64,000 nucleotides of DNA. Origin: Ophelia neglecta. Lineage: Eukaryota. Location of the stretch: positions 73,594,001-73,658,000 of the forward strand of contig OZ260665.1 of the NCBI GenBank assembly GCA_965285935.1, written 5' to 3'. The position numbers were made by a program, and so were the translations under genes. Shown in pieces: positions 52,401 through 63,008 of this stretch; position 1 is the first letter of the stretch, and every line of letters starts with the position of its first letter. The notes below the pieces were generated by a model, which had not been told where the DNA came from, did no database searches, and worked only from the letters and a program-made list of their open reading frames with translations.

Positions 52401-55400
52401 ACCTTCGCTTCGGACACGGTTGGCATAGATAGTTTTTGCCACTTAATTTATGGGATTTATAGTCCAACATAGTGCGTTTCTTCTGCATTCCTTTTTACCC
52501 TCAGGATGTTGAGGTATATTGAGTACAATATAATCATACCGACTTTGCTGGTGGTAGGTGGAGTACCACAGCCAGCCCATTGGTGTGGTTCTTGGTGTCT
52601 CTCGACAAACCGCCCGGCATGGAGCCCGCATGGTGAAAGTAGAATACGAACATCTCGAACCAGTGCTTGACATGGAAGTAAGTACACCAGGGGCGGATCC
52701 AGGGGGGGGGGGGGGGCAGGGGGCTTCCCCCCCCCCACCCACCCACCAATTTTCTGTACACGTATATAGCTACAAATGTTACGTTGAAAGTAGAAATATT
52801 TTTTCTTAAAGCAGGGTCTTATACAAAAAAGCACATGTGTAGTAAAACACCTATCGTTGTAAAAGCATAATGTAAACCAGTTCTTGATGGAGACATAGAC
52901 TGTACTATAAGCAACTAGCTTTGTTATAGTAAATGAACTTTTCATTCGACAAAAATGTGTCATATGTCAGAAGGCAATAGAAAACGGGGCGTTTCTCGGG
53001 GACAGAAGGTTCAGTCGTGGAGACGTTACTAAGGCCCTCCAGGACTCTGATCGGGTGGTCTCGGGGACTGTCCGTCTGGGGTCTCAGGAGCACTGGTACC
53101 TGGAGACACAGTGTTGTCTGGCCGTGCCGGGAGAAAATGGGGAAATGGAGGTCACAATCCCCACTCAGCATCAATCACCTGTTCATGTAAAAGCATTTTT
53201 ATATCTTTAACTTAAATACAAGCAATGTTGTTTTGATTAACTAAGAAATATAATTAGCCTTTATAAATTCTAATATTAATACATAATCAATCGTTTGCAG
53301 CAAGCAGTGTGCAAAGCTGTCGGCTTATCTTCAAACAAAGTTGTGCTGAGAACCAAGCGTCTAGGTAAATATGTCAAAAAATATTTTTTGTTTATCTCTG
53401 AATTTAGTTAACTAACAAATGCCGACCAGTTTACTGATATACTACCAATATTTTTTTTCACACTGACAGGCGGTGGTTTTGGAGGTAAAGATGTTGGCAG
53501 AGGAACACTTTTGGCAGTACCTACAGTTTACGCTGCAAACAAGTGAGCGTTCATTCTGACTAACTCAGATTTCTTTCCTTACTACTCAGCTTAACATGTA
53601 GACCCAATCCTCAATTAACTGCTGGGTGTATGGGTATGTGAAGGCTTATACAGGATGCAGGGTTGCTTCAGCAGAGTCCGTATCTCCTTGTTTGGTGTGC
53701 TGACCCCCCCCCCCCCCCCCCCCGTATCTATTTCCTGAGACTGCGTCGGAACCTGCATTAATAGCTCTTGCGACTACTGTTTGCCGAGTATTTCTTTTGC
53801 CTTCACGACACGAGATTTATACACGTTCTGTACCTACCTATTTTTCTCCATCACTTTTCTTGTATCCCTCTGTATAGACATGGCCGCCCGATAAGATGCG
53901 TTCTTGAGAGGGAAGAGGACATCCGTCTAACAGGACAACGATGTCCTTATCTCGCGCATTACAAGGCAGGTATATTTACACAAATCATTGATTTAACGGA
54001 GTTTTATATGTAGAATGGTTGGTTGAGGCGTCAGTACCTATGCGCTATGGTGGCACTGTAGATGTTTTCTTCATATCCCTATTATTTGGAGCTGATTCCA
54101 ACGAGTGGTTTATTCGTCACCCAGTATTTTGACTATTACAACAATAAATGTATATGTGAAGTGTGTATGCTGCCTATGTTAATGGCTCGAAACTATTGGT
54201 GAACAGCTTATAACCTGCCATTAGCTACCCGAGACGATGCCGAGGGATCCTAATAGCAAAATGTTTTATTTATCATTCATTTGCACGTACCCACAAAAAG
54301 CACCATGACATATTAATATTATCAGGTATCCCTTTTATCGTTCTGTTTGATAAAAACATCAATATAACTTCCACCAAAATAGTACAGACCAATACTGGTC
54401 ATTCTATAATGACCACGGCAAGAGTGGGCTAATTGCCGCTTACTTCCTAGCCAAATCTTGTGAAAAGTATATCTTGTCGACTGGTAACTTCCTGACAAGC
54501 GATATCATTGACACATTGTTGGTTTTTGAAAGGCCTTATGTTTGGCGTTAATTCTATTCCAGCTTGGTTGCCAGAACGACGGGACTATCAACGCTTTCGA
54601 TTTGGAGTACTTCATTGACGGAGGTTGGAAAGGCGACAAAAGCTTGGGGGTAAGAATGAAACGAACAGTCTTTTTTATCAGCCAGGAGATAATTGTAGAA
54701 ACAAGGCAGTTGGCGAGCAGGCAGGAAGCTGACGACCGTGGCGGCTTACGGGGGAAGGAGGAGGGGGGGGGGGGGGGTCACTATATTGCCTGTATCTTCT
54801 TGTACAAACATAAATGATTATGCCCCCATTCGAAGAAGTGGAAGCTAAGCCATGTTGCACTTGTCGGTCAGTAGGTCGGTCTGTCGGTAGTCAAAACATT
54901 GTCCGATCAATTACCAGACAGTCGTTTGTCCTACGTTCCTCAAGCGTGGTTAGGTATAGTTTTTTCATAACGGGCAGATAAGCCCTATAGATTTTGAGGT
55001 CAAAGGTCAAGGCCACAGTGACCTTTAACACAAAAAAACTCAGATAAATGTTTGGAGAAAGCTGTCTGAAGAAATTTTTGCCAAGTTTCCCCAATCTCTG
55101 TAGGAAGGTTGTTCAAGGCCGCTTTTGATAATAGTGACCTTCGATGCTAAATGCAAAAAAAATCTTTCTGATCTAGAACTAGAGACATCTTGGGTTTAAT
55201 ATTCTAAGACTTGACAAGTAGGTTGGTCTAGAAGGTGACCCCTGCCGATTATGTGGTCAGCATGTCAAATGTCAAGTTGACGGTGGCCTTTTGCACATAA
55301 AACTTGTCCTATCAAAAACTATAGAACTCGGGAGTTTGGTATGCTCATAGTTTATAGGTATGTTGATCATAACCAGTAAATGATTCCTTTTCATATTGAG

Positions 55401-58400
55401 TTCAGCAGGTCAAAGTCCCTGCCCGGACTGGCCGTTTTAAAAATTAAATTAAAAATTTAGATTAACTGACAAGGCGCAACCGTGTCCTGTATACAAATAT
55501 CTTGTTTATTTCTATTCCACTGTTTTCTTCACCTTCAGGTGCTCAAGAAAGGGATGATGAACCTCGACAACTGTTATAAGTTCCCTGTGGCACGCCTTGA
55601 AGGCCGATCCTGTAAGACCAATAAGTCTTCTAAGCCACCTTTCCGAGGGTTCGGCTCGCCAGAGTGCCATTTCCTCGTGGAATCTGCCATGGATCAGTGT
55701 GCTAGGGAGCTCAACATGGAACCAACCGAGGTCAGAGAAATTACTCAATAAATCAGGATTAATCAAGTTCAGTATTTTCAAATAATCAACATATTACCGT
55801 ATGCATGCCGATATGAATTATCAAGAGAAAGGATGAAGTTTCTAAATATGTCCAGTTTCCCAGCGGCTGGAGACACCTTCCACCAGCACCGAATCCTTAT
55901 TTTAGTTGTTCAAAGTTGGATTGGTTATGATGCATATGATTTATTCAAACTGTTTACAGTTTCGTGGTAAAAACCTGCTGTCGGTGGGCGACATGACAAT
56001 AATGAACACCAAGCTAGATGACTGTACAGCTTCCAGGTGTTGGGAGGAAGTCCTCCGCCTAAGTGACTACGAAAACAGGCAGAAGTCGGTTTCACAGTTC
56101 AACAGGTATATTTAAAGAGTATAAAGCAAGCAACATAACATAGAAACGAGATTAAAGAAGGGGCTACTATAGCTATGGTTACCATTGAATAAATAAATCC
56201 TCAATTTATATTATGTGTTGCAGTTCTCATCAGTCTCGTAAACGTGGACTATACGTAGTGCCTACTAAGATGTCCGGCACGTTTCCTTTAGAGAAAAGAC
56301 TCGGCGGCTCTTCTAACAGGGTATTGATAGTTAAATGTATCATTGCTACAATGTTCAGGGTAACATTGGGAAATGTTTTCAATATATGCTATCAAGTTGA
56401 ATAAAGCATCTATCAAAAACCAAAGGAGCATAGTGTTAAATGCAGCATTTAATGTGAAATTGTTTTTCATTTGTCAAGGGTTCCGCGGTGGTCAATGCGT
56501 ATCTGGATGGCACAGTCCTGGTGTATCACAATGGAGTCGAGATGGGACAAGGACTTCACACCAAAATGATACAGGTCTTTATGCAAATACTGTCTATTGG
56601 ATATAAGATTAAAATAACCCATATTAATGTGCGCGACTTGAAAACCAATGTTCTCGTTATCCGGCTTCTCATTTCGTTACAAAATATTCTAGAAATGTAT
56701 TATTCGTTCATGCCTCCACAATAATAGGTTTGTTATATAGGTAATTGTAAAATTGTGTTTTCCAGGTTGCCAGTCGGGTGTTAAATATCCCTCCGTCCCA
56801 GATACATATCGCCGAAACTCGCACGGATATCTTGGCAAATTCAATTAACTCAGCCGGTAGTGCCAGCTCGGATATGAACGGTCCTGCTGTTAAGGTATAA
56901 CGTTTCTATCCTGTCTTAATTAGACCTGCCAATTGTAGAAACTACTTAAATAAGCGTTGTCGGCGTCAAGAATTGTATTTCATATATAAGGGTTATTTCG
57001 TTAACACGCGAGTCTAGGGTTGAGAAATTGCTTCAACCTTAGCCGCCCTATTTTAGAAGATTTCCAAACACCGACGACCTCCTCCCCTTTTTCAGTTAAG
57101 TAATTTCCTTTCTGCACTTCCGCGACCAGCCTCCCTCCCATTTTAAAATTAAAGCGTAATTAAGCAAGTTTTCTTTTTTTTGCAAGGACGCTTGTGAAAA
57201 AATGATGAAGCTTCTGAAACCATACAGCGACGCCAAACCTGATGGAAAATGGATCGACTGGGTTCGAATAGGTTTTTCATGTCGACAGTTGTCACTAAAT
57301 TAAAATTGTTGAAACGAGATATTTGTTGGTTATATAAATAATTAAGATTATTAATATTACAACTATATTTCGTATTATAGGTGAATGAAGCGGTTGGCGA
57401 CAGAGTGTCTCTTACGACTGTCGGCTACTTCCGGTCAGTCTCCCAAGCGATAACCTCAAACTCATCCCACTAATTAATACAGTTGTATGTGATTCATTGT
57501 ATTGGTTGGACCTGTGTTTTATGGGCGCCAACCAAAATATCATGTTTTCGTTGGCAAAAGTATACATAAAAGTCTCCGCGTAGAGACGTATGTTCTATAA
57601 TAATACATAAAGTTCATCACAATCTAAATGGCCTGACCAAGAAAACAAGTCTTCGTGATATTAACTTGGATCCTTTTGCTTTCCTCTCCTTTGCCCATAT
57701 ACAGACTAGAGGGTGATCATACCTGGGAGTGGCAAGATGGCGGACAGACCTTTCCGTATTTTACGTACGGAGCAGGCGTCTCTGAAGTGGAAATTGACTG
57801 TCTTACTGGCAAATACCAAGTGGGTGGAATTAGGGTCAATGGACAACTAATACAAAACGCTATGCATATATTGTAATAATGAAACTTGATATCATCCTGT
57901 TTTCTGGGTTTTTTTACAAATTAGATAAATATTTGACCTTACAGATAGTAAGAACTGATATTGTCATGGATGTTGGAAAGAGTCTGAACCCGGCGATAGA
58001 TATCGGTCAGATTGAAGGGGCTTTCCTCCAGGTGAAGTCCATTTTAGTACCATCTGAATTTCCACCCATACCTCTTTCACCGGGTAGTTAACATGTTTAA
58101 TGTTAATCTTCCCGCGCAATGTAAAAAAAACACCTCCTTGTGATCGATTCTTGTTTATGACTAACTGCCGGACCAACGGCAGAGCCGGCCACAGATTTAG
58201 ACAAAATCATTATTTCAGTCCATAATTAATCTTTTGCACCATTATTAAGTACAGGAAACGTTGATTATTTAATAACATCACTGAAAATACATTTTAAGAT
58301 TTATTTTAAGTTCACAGTCATTTCTATTTAGAATTTCTTCCACATGTTTTTTTAATTAAACGTGTCCACAATTCTATTGTAGATGACAGGACTTTTGACC

Positions 58401-58852
58401 ACTGAGAAGTTTGAATACACTAAGGATGGGGTCATCAAGTCGACTTCTATCGGTAACTACATTCTCCCTGGGATGGAGAACATTCCCAGAGAGTTTAACG
58501 TGTCTCTTCTGACAGAGTCGGAGAATCCGTGGCCACAGGCTGTGTACTCGTCAAAGGTAACAAATCTGTTCATACATATGTACTCGTGCGTCATTTGATT
58601 ATATTTACATGACTCTGTTATATTTTATTTGTACGTATATATATAAGCACGTTGGGTTAAATTGCCGTGTTAGTCTCGCCTCGTGTCATGCAGGCTATTG
58701 GTGAACCTCCGATGACTTTAGCCGTGTCTGTGTTTTTTGCCATACGAGAGGCTATCCGGGCTTGTCGTGAGGAGGCCGGTCTCGCGACTGATTTTACCCT
58801 GGAAGCCCCCGCCACACCCGACCGTGTACTGGCCGTCTGCTCCTCGGATTGA
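40421..58852 (+). CDS. XDH: Xanthine dehydrogenase/aldehyde oxidase family molybdo-flavoenzyme, 33 coding exons, 1263 aa
   Basis: Manually spliced exons: 40421-40456, 41966-42023, 42614-42710, 42832-42940, 47619-47748, 47830-47891, 48109-48180, 48298-48430, 49108-49275, 49539-49618, 50412-50505, 50630-50739, 50866-51053, 51210-51375, 51508-51670, 52264-52418, 52558-52677, 52971-53186, 53301-53364, 53470-53542, 53878-53965, 54563-54649, 55539-55730, 55960-56105, 56224-56320, 56479-56574, 56766-56894, 57187-57261, 57381-57433, 57705-57819, 57945-58031, 58383-58556, 58694-58852. Total 3792 nt, open frame. Motifs: [12 protein letters not shown]; Fe/[12 protein letters not shown]...NAC; Fe/S I QCGMC...LCRC; FAD domain QLRNIATIGGSI; Moco domain [51 protein letters not shown]. 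The symbol marks family membership; substrate specificity is uncertain. Confidence 0.93.
40737..41902 (+). mobile_element. Helentron-associated/DINE-like non-autonomous element in XDH intron 1 with ~130-140 bp internal subrepeats
   Basis: 5' TTTGCCCCCT roughly mirrored by 3' AGGGGGAAGA; (GT/CT) microsatellite near the 5' end; five GA(C/T)CTTGAAAA...TATCTC-based units (about 40959, 41101, 41229, 41362, 41498); 3' hairpin GTATCC-gata-GGATAC (41877-41892) before a T-rich end. Confidence 0.7.
41602..41780. mobile_element. Tc1/mariner-type MITE nested in the intron-1 element
   Basis: 13 bp TIRs CAGTGAAACCTGT / ACAGGTTTCACTG flanked by TA on both sides; 179 bp. Confidence 0.88.
42024..42613 (+). 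other. U12-type (minor spliceosome) GT-AG intron 2 of the XDH-like gene
   Basis: Donor GTATCCTTTG matches the U12 consensus. CCCCTTCAT (42594-42602) is a degenerate U12 branch with its A 12 nt from the 3' end; no polypyrimidine tract. Same position as the known U12 intron 2 of vertebrate XDH/AOX. Confidence 0.85.
43243..45567 (+). mobile_element. Head-to-tail dimer of a Helentron-associated (HINE/DINE-like) element with internal tandem satellite
   Basis: 5' end TTATATCCGCGAAATGCGGATAT (8 bp hairpin) at 43243 and again at 44199; 3' subterminal IR CGCATTCGCGGATATA (45514-45529); 3' hairpin GCTGTCGG-cccc-CCGACAGC (45536-45555); terminal CTAGTT; (GCC)n microsatellite in copy 2. Confidence 0.82.
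43655..45440. repeat. AT-rich tandem subrepeat arrays (~60-100 bp units) inside the intron-4 element
   Basis: Recurrent TGTGTAATAAGTTAACTAGTTAACTTTATTAATGACCTG...GCATTATTATTGAGGTCATATGGAACC units in two blocks (about 43655-44200 and 44650-45440). Confidence 0.9.
45762..47562. mobile_element. Non-autonomous DNA transposon with TTAA target duplication, Kolobok-like
   Basis: 18 bp perfect TIR GGGTATACCGAACCCCTA / TAGGGGTTCGGTATACCC with TTAA on both sides (45758-45761, 47563-47566). GG termini fit Kolobok rather than piggyBac (CCY). No transposase ORF. Confidence 0.85.
47128..47295. repeat. 24 bp perfect inverted repeat (probable nested MITE) inside the TTAA element
   Basis: CTAGTAAACGGTCATTCAGATTTT (47128-47151) and AAAATCTGAATGACCGTTTACTAG (47272-47295). 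Confidence 0.75.
52687..52750 (+). mobile_element. Short GC-rich MITE fragment
   Basis: CAGGGGCGGATCCAG followed by poly-G and poly-C, a terminus style common in invertebrate non-autonomous DNA elements; other end not found. Confidence 0.4.
53966..54562 (+). other. GC-AG intron 21 of the XDH-like gene
   Basis: Frame continuity (HYK|LGC, phase 0) requires the donor AAG|GCAGGT at 53966; the GT 4 nt downstream would frameshift. Confidence 0.75.
54818..55420 (+). mobile_element. Degraded HINE/DINE-like repeat in XDH intron 22
   Basis: TTATGCCCCCATTCGAAGAA start, (GTCG/GTCT)n microsatellite, repeated AGGTCAAAGGTCAAGG..CAGTGACC cores. The end is approximate. Confidence 0.6.
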
Positions 58853-59349
58853 TGGAAGAAACATTGATGACCAACTTAACCGTCACACTATAGGCCGATA
58901 AACTAACAGTAAAGTGTTTGCATAAACTAAAATACCACTTTTAGTATAACACAAAGTAGGAAAGTTACAAAAAAAGAAGAAGAAATAATTGAGCAAATGT
59001 TAAAAAGGGACAGGACTATCTTCCAATATTTAACGATCATGTTCGAATATTTAATTATCAAGTCAAACTGTTTCGATGGACTTTTGAGGACATAGTATTT
59101 GTATGCATTCAGTGGTCTTGGGTATATTTATTGTCTGCAATTAAATAGCTAGACCTACAACAGCAACAAGGACTTTGGCTACAAGCAGCCATCCATCACA
59201 AAACTATAAGACAATAAGCTGCTTTGATCCGCCTAAGATGTGGTACATTTTAACTCGCTTCAAAGGATTACTGGACGTCGGAGCGAGCCCGATGTGGAAC
59301 CAATAACACTTACGTACCTACCAGGCATAACCTGGTGCACATTTAACAA

Positions 59350-59452
59350 AATAAACGTGTAATCTATTCTTGTAAACCATAATACATTATGGATTATTAA
59401 GTTAGGTTATAATTATTGGTTAATTGATACGTGTTAACATTTATGCAATAAA
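59350..59452 (+). terminator. Candidate polyadenylation signals of the first XDH-like gene
   Basis: AATAAA at 59350-59355 and 59447-59452, ~500-600 nt after TGA 58852. Confidence 0.45.
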
Positions 59453-61601
59453 AACAATATTTAATTAGTAGTATACGTGTTTCACAACTTTTCGCTTGGT
59501 ACACTCGGTTTTGTGGGTTTTCCTCCATAGGCCTATGTCAGCGCGGCTGTCAGGGATTTAGCTTGAAAGCAGTATACCTAGAGCAGTTAATTAGTATAAA
59601 TTATATTAATGGTTAAATAATATTATTTTTTAAGCATTGCAATAACTTAACTATGAAATACAGGCTTCTTGTTTAATACATCTAACACAGAAAATAATAA
59701 TGGAATATATATTCCTATGAATCTGGAGAAACATCTAGTGGGCAAGTGGATTGGCTGTAGGGCAATTAGGTAGCCCATTTCACCTGACCAGTTACACCAG
59801 TTAAGAGGTTTTTATTCCATTTTCCCGCTCTGATCGGGTGTTCAAATATAAATAATAGTGTATCGGTTTACGAGGTTTTTCTGTGTGATTTTAACTATTT
59901 ACTTCATAATCGGATTACGATAGCCACGTCTAAGCCAATGAACCTGAGTTTATCACAACTCGCAAGCACTCCACAAAGAGCTCGTCCAACGTATCTGTGT
60001 GCCGTCTTACTATGATTGCCAAGATACATAGACTGATGACCAACAGTTGATAAGGATGAGCTCAGTAAACCAGACTTGCTACGCTGTTAGAAAATGTTCA
60101 TCGTCAGCCCTGGTCACCTTTGCTGGCGCGCTGTTAACGCGACGGTTGTTTTATGTGTCATCACCAAATAAGAAGTATGGAAGAAAAATTGCGCGCGCCC
60201 TGCCGCATGTCACAGATTATGACCGATCGATTTTTAAAACCGGAAGTGGAATTCTGAAACTTTGCACAAGTGTTCCCCAGACCATAGGTAGGCAGCATGC
60301 AAAATAGCAGAAAAGGTCAAGGTCATGAGACGAGGTCAAACTTTGACAATGTTTTAAGTGACGTATCTTCAGGGCCCCGTTTAACCCTCTTAGGGCCGTT
60401 TTAGTGCTCTGAAATATGGCCAGTAAGCCTGATTTACGATTTAGAAGGAAAGTTCTGGTAACTACTTTTTCGCCGCCAGATGTCGTGATCATGCCTATGC
60501 CACTCATACATATTATTTGTTTTCGGGCGGCCATATCTCCGGAACCGGAAGTCCGATCGTCGCCATGTTTGGACGAAAAATAAACATTTGTCCTGAAATA
60601 CCATCTGGTAAAACTTAGGTTCATACGCATGCGCAACAACAAAGTAACGCCCAACTTAACAAAAAAGAAAATCATTTAAAAATCAAAATGATCACTTAGC
60701 GGCAAAATGAATAAAAAAAGGTGTCGGCGAGAAAACTGCTAATTCAAAATATGACATTACCTTAAGGCTGCGACAATTCTTTCTAGGTCAACCGGGGGTC
60801 ACCTTTTGACCAAATTCAGCCCTAAATGGACATTTGTTGACAAAATCGCATCTCACTTAATATCAGGATGACGTAATTTCACAAATATCTATGTTTGGAT
60901 GAATTAGGGGAACCAAATTTACGCCGGGAATTGTATCACAGTTTTTCAATAGGACGGTCCGTTTTTGAGATAAACGTAATTTTCTGGTTCGGGGCATGTT
61001 CGCTGTATATTAGGAACTATTGGTCGCAGCAACTTCCGGTAAAAACTAAAATGATCGCCTGGGTGACCGTAGCGATATATCATTAAACCTGTGCACATGC
61101 GCGAACATGGAAAACGAAACAATATGGACAGTGGATCTTTCAATCATTTTGGCGCTCCCTATCGTCAAAACGACAACCTACAGCATTCATCAAGCTAAAT
61201 TTTCTTGGCTCTTCCAGATTCTGTTAAAAAATTCGATTGTGGCATCGTTGTATGGAGGTCTGTATGCTTTATCTCAGTTAATTGTCGCAGCGACTTCCGG
61301 TAAAGACCAAATTATTGAGGCATGCATAGCACTAATGTTATTTGTGGGGCCCCGTATGGTCAAAAGATGCAACTGATGCAAGCAAATGGCAGATTTAGTT
61401 AAGTTCTTTTAAATCCTGTGGCGAAATTGTGTCTGCAGCCTTGTTTTGGGCAATTTTAAGCGGGTTTTCGCAATTCTGGTTCTGAGTTTTTTCATTTTTA
61501 GATATACTACGCGAACCCAAATAATTTACCTCCCGTTTTTGTATAATTTTAGTAACTTCGAGTGTTTTATTTTAGGACCCCCTGTAGACACCTTCACCTT
61601 A

Positions 61602-61988
61602 AGGGACGCACCATTACCTACATGGGGGGGGGGGGCGTGAAGATTTTGGAAATAAATGTTTGTAGGTCATATATGCAGAAAAAAATGTTTGTTTTCGCAT
61701 AGTCAAAAAAAAACTGTTTCGGGTTAGGCAAGAGCTTTCTTTTTAACGCTTGACAAAGGATTCCGGATGCCGGACTTTCGACAAGAGACACGCGGCTAAA
61801 TGAAAAGCATTATTTCCCACTACTACGTATGCACTACGGGAGACATAAAAAGGCTACATATATTAATTATAGAGGAAAAATTTGTTCCTTTCTGGGAACG
61901 CAAGAAAACTTGCAAGAAAAGAAGTGTTTGTCAAAAAGAATTCTTCACACCCCACCCCCCCCCCCCCAGTAACTAATTGTGCGTCCCT
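61602..61988. mobile_element. TA-flanked MITE just upstream of the second XDH-like gene
   Basis: TIR AGGGACGCAC(C/A)ATTA / TAATTGTGCGTCCCT with inner poly-G and poly-C arms; TA on both sides. Confidence 0.75.
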
Positions 61989-62119
61989 TATTGACAGCGG
62001 TACTCGACCCAGACAATCCATTGTTACTATAGGCCTTGTGCCTGTCTGTCTGTCTGTCTATCTAGTATCGGTTTCATACATTGTGCTTGGGCCAGTAGCT
62101 GCCATTCATCGGGATAAAC

Positions 62120-62775
62120 ATGTCGGTGCTTAGGTTTTTCGTAAACGGGAAAAAGGTACGTTTTAAAATCGCTTGAAGGTAGCCGTGTTAAGATATCTAT
62201 TAGGCCTATCTCGTTCTCAGTATATTCCTACCATCCACGTAGTCAGTATATTTCTACCACGGGTCTTCGTCACTCATTTAACATAGATGTTAAACGCTTA
62301 TGTTGTTGGCTGTCATCGCATTGTTAACAATATTATTACACTGTAAACATGCCTTTGTCGTCGCATGCAAATGTGTTCCAGTGCATTTGTTTCCTACTTG
62401 ATTCCGTCCACCCTGGAGGCCTTAGAGCCGGGTCAGTAAACTAGCAGGACGGATGATGACCAGCCTGGACATGATGGCTTGGCCCCGAGTCCACACTAAT
62501 AACACAACTATCTATACCGATATCATATCAGAGTATAATACGGTCCTGGTCCCGGACTGACGGCTGGTCTATATTTCAATGTGTAATGGGTGCAGGAGTG
62601 TTTTATTAAGTGTCTCATCATAATAAGTGGGCGGCAATGCCTCAAACAGAAAAGAAAATGATAGGCTAAACTATAGTAATCCAGTTTTGTTCCTGTTTAA
62701 GATTATTTCGGTTTTAGATAGAGGAGAGAAGACCAGAGCCGTTGTCTTCATTACTGTCCTATTTACGGCGAGAGC
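62120..62775 (+). CDS. XDH: Second XDH/AOX-family paralog, exons 1-2 (62120-62155, 62718-62775); continues beyond the window
   Basis: Exon 1 MSVLRFFVNGKK|gtacg; exon 2 [19 protein letters not shown]|GTATCCTTTT. Same exon sizes (36, 58 nt) and 26/31 aa identity to the upstream gene; U12 donor at 62776. Exon 3 not found before 64000. Confidence 0.88.
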
Positions 62776-62990
62776 GTATCCTTTTAACAAACCGGTATAC
62801 ATAATGTGCACGTCAAGTAAACAAAGTAAACAGTACACGAGGCAAAGATAACACTTTCTTATTTTAATAATTAGGCCTGGGACACAAGGACTGTTTCTTG
62901 TGTCCCAGGTTAGGCCTTACAAGTTCAACTTTGTTTAGCGTGCGCCTAACTTTTGCTTCAAATTACTCATATGATATATACCGGTAAAGT

Positions 62991-63008
62991 ACACACACAC
63001 ACACACAC
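62991..63008. repeat. (CA)n microsatellite
   Basis: Seen directly. Confidence 0.9.

Noticed and set aside
60047-61580. ORFs between the two XDH-like genes, including 152 aa at 60217-60675
   Set aside because: The sequence has repeat hallmarks (AGGTCAAGGTCA, CCGGAAGT, GAAACTTTGCACA); probably decayed elements whose ends I could not define.
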